DNA from: Geosiphon pyriformis uo1
Lineage: Eukaryota; Fungi; Glomeromycota
NCBI GenBank assembly: GCA_016748015.1
Contig: JAAOMT010000586.1
Span: 789,483 to 853,482 of the forward strand
Length of the DNA stretch: 64,000 nucleotides
Direction: 5' to 3'
A model generated the notes under the pieces. The model saw nothing but the letters and a program-made list of their open reading frames with translations, searched no databases and was not told the origin of the DNA. Positions 62,432-64,000 of this stretch are shown here, piece by piece; within the stretch, counting starts at the first letter, position 1; the number at the start of each line of letters is the position of its first letter. A program made the translations under genes and the position numbers.

Positions 62432-64000
62432 TCATGATGAAGATTTTGACATTATAGATAGTTCAACATCTTCCGAATCATCAGTTTCAGATACACCCAA
62501 TGTATTCCCCGGGCGTCTTGAATTGCCATTACCCCCCTCTGATTCACTAATTCCAGAAGGATTGTTCGAATGACTTGGCGAAGTTTGACTACTACTAGGA
62601 TCTCCTACTCGCCGACGAAATAAACTACTTGGTAATGTTCGACTACGACCTATTGACAATGATGCCAAGAATCGGCTTGATCTGGATGTGGGATCGGCTA
62701 AACTTTGAGTACGATTAAGCTCTATACGATTTTGAACTGGTCGATATACAGATTGTCTAAATGATTCGAAACCACTTTCTTCACCCGAAAAGGCAAATCC
62801 AGTAAACGATTGACGTTTTCCAGAACCCATAAAGAACATTTGTTCCTCGGATCGTATTGATGCTGTGCGATCTTTGCCCGATAAAATACGAGAAATTTGT
62901 TTGATGGAACGTTCTTTCTTGGATGGTACAGTTGGTGTAGTTAGCGTAACTGGGGTGACACCGAGGGAAGCATCACTATCCGATCGATCGTGTCGTGAGG
63001 TAGAAACACCACTTGTGTCTGTAATGCCATCCAATTTACGAAGAGCAATCGGAACTTGATCTTCCTCTTTAACGCTTCGAGATCTCTTCCTTGAGCTAGA
63101 TTTTTTGGCGATACGAACTTGCTCACGAACAATATCTGTGTCTGTTGGCCAATAGGTCTTGTGAAGGTATTTCACGGTAAACCTTGGTAAAATACTAACG
63201 ACAACTGACAACGAGATTGCCAACCAGAAATCAAATTCCGAATACAAGATTTGATCAACTCGAAAGAATCCAACTGAGGCAATGATTGAATAAAGAGCGG
63301 CCCAGGCGTAGAAAGATAATATACTGAGGCCAATAACTACAAAGGCCAACCAAGTCCAATTCAGGGTGTTTAATCCAACATATAAATTCGTGGTAGCTAT
63401 AACCGATCCTGCCACTAAAGTCCCAAGATCTTGCAAAGAATTATTTTCAAGACCATTGGCGTGAGATTGACCAGATTGCATGAGCCCATAGGGGACAAAA
63501 AAGCATACAGCCGATTGATAAATGGCATCCAAGACATATAACCAAAATTTGGAGTTTTTAAAATCTTGCTGTAGAATACCACGCTTGTAAAGAGCGGGAT
63601 TCTTCAAAGAAGTTTTTGCATCCACATCTTGATCAAAAGCACCTGCATTAACAAGGGTTGTCAGTAATGTAGACTGAAGATTTGAAATATAGCAGAAGCA
63701 AATAACCTACCAAGATACATCACAGGAAATGCCGTGAAGACAAGATTATAGAGTAAGATGAAGGTGTAATCGTAGAGATATTGAGCGGTAAAACTGAAAT
63801 TTTAAATTTTAAAATTTGATCAAAGAAAATTCAGATATGAAAAAGGTATCTAAATTCAATAGAAGTAATAAATTCTACCCAGCATAGATCTGAAACCAAA
63901 ACATTGCGATGGTCCAAACGATATTCTTGTAAAAGAAACACGTAATCATCTCCGCCACGCGAATATATGACCAACGCCCATGAACCAATAGAAGTTTTGT
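62432..64000 (-). CDS. 3' part of a P4-ATPase phospholipid flippase (Dnf1/Dnf2-like); exons >64000-63879, 63793-63711, 63642-62432
   Basis: LLLVHGRWSY, FFYKN, YNLVFTAFPV, G.FDQDV...P.LY motifs, multiple TM helices, two GT-AG introns that keep the frame. Confidence 0.93.

Overview
AT-rich fungal genomic DNA with short GT-AG introns and a DASH-complex gene. A Glomeromycotina (arbuscular-mycorrhizal/Geosiphon-like) origin is my inference from repeat style and gene content, not a database result. Bases 1-~57,400 form a transposon island: about ten decayed Ty3/Gypsy LTR retrotransposon insertions (labelled A', A, B', F, G, solo LTR, D, B, C, E) nested up to five deep, plus two copies of an RNase H-bearing LINE arranged tail-to-tail. 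Where both flanks are visible, the Gypsy insertions have 4-bp AYAN target-site duplications. Bases ~58,500-64,000 are ordinary CpG-rich gene space with a 3xC2H2 zinc-finger transcription factor, a two-exon DAD3 and the spliced 3' end of a P4-ATPase flippase. The most unusual biology is in the Gypsy elements. They lack a chromodomain, and three families carry a Cys-rich domain, a complete dUTPase and a dUTPase-like relic between protease and RT. They also have a conserved extra ORF in the env position, an integrase tail motif (PIIII/PVVVI), and a fixed GAGCTC palindrome before the PPT. Their LTRs contain hairpins, a T-tract and TACTAAC motifs, and the gag frame appears to start inside U5. All TEs show heavy two-strand C->T mutation in both CpG and non-CpG contexts.
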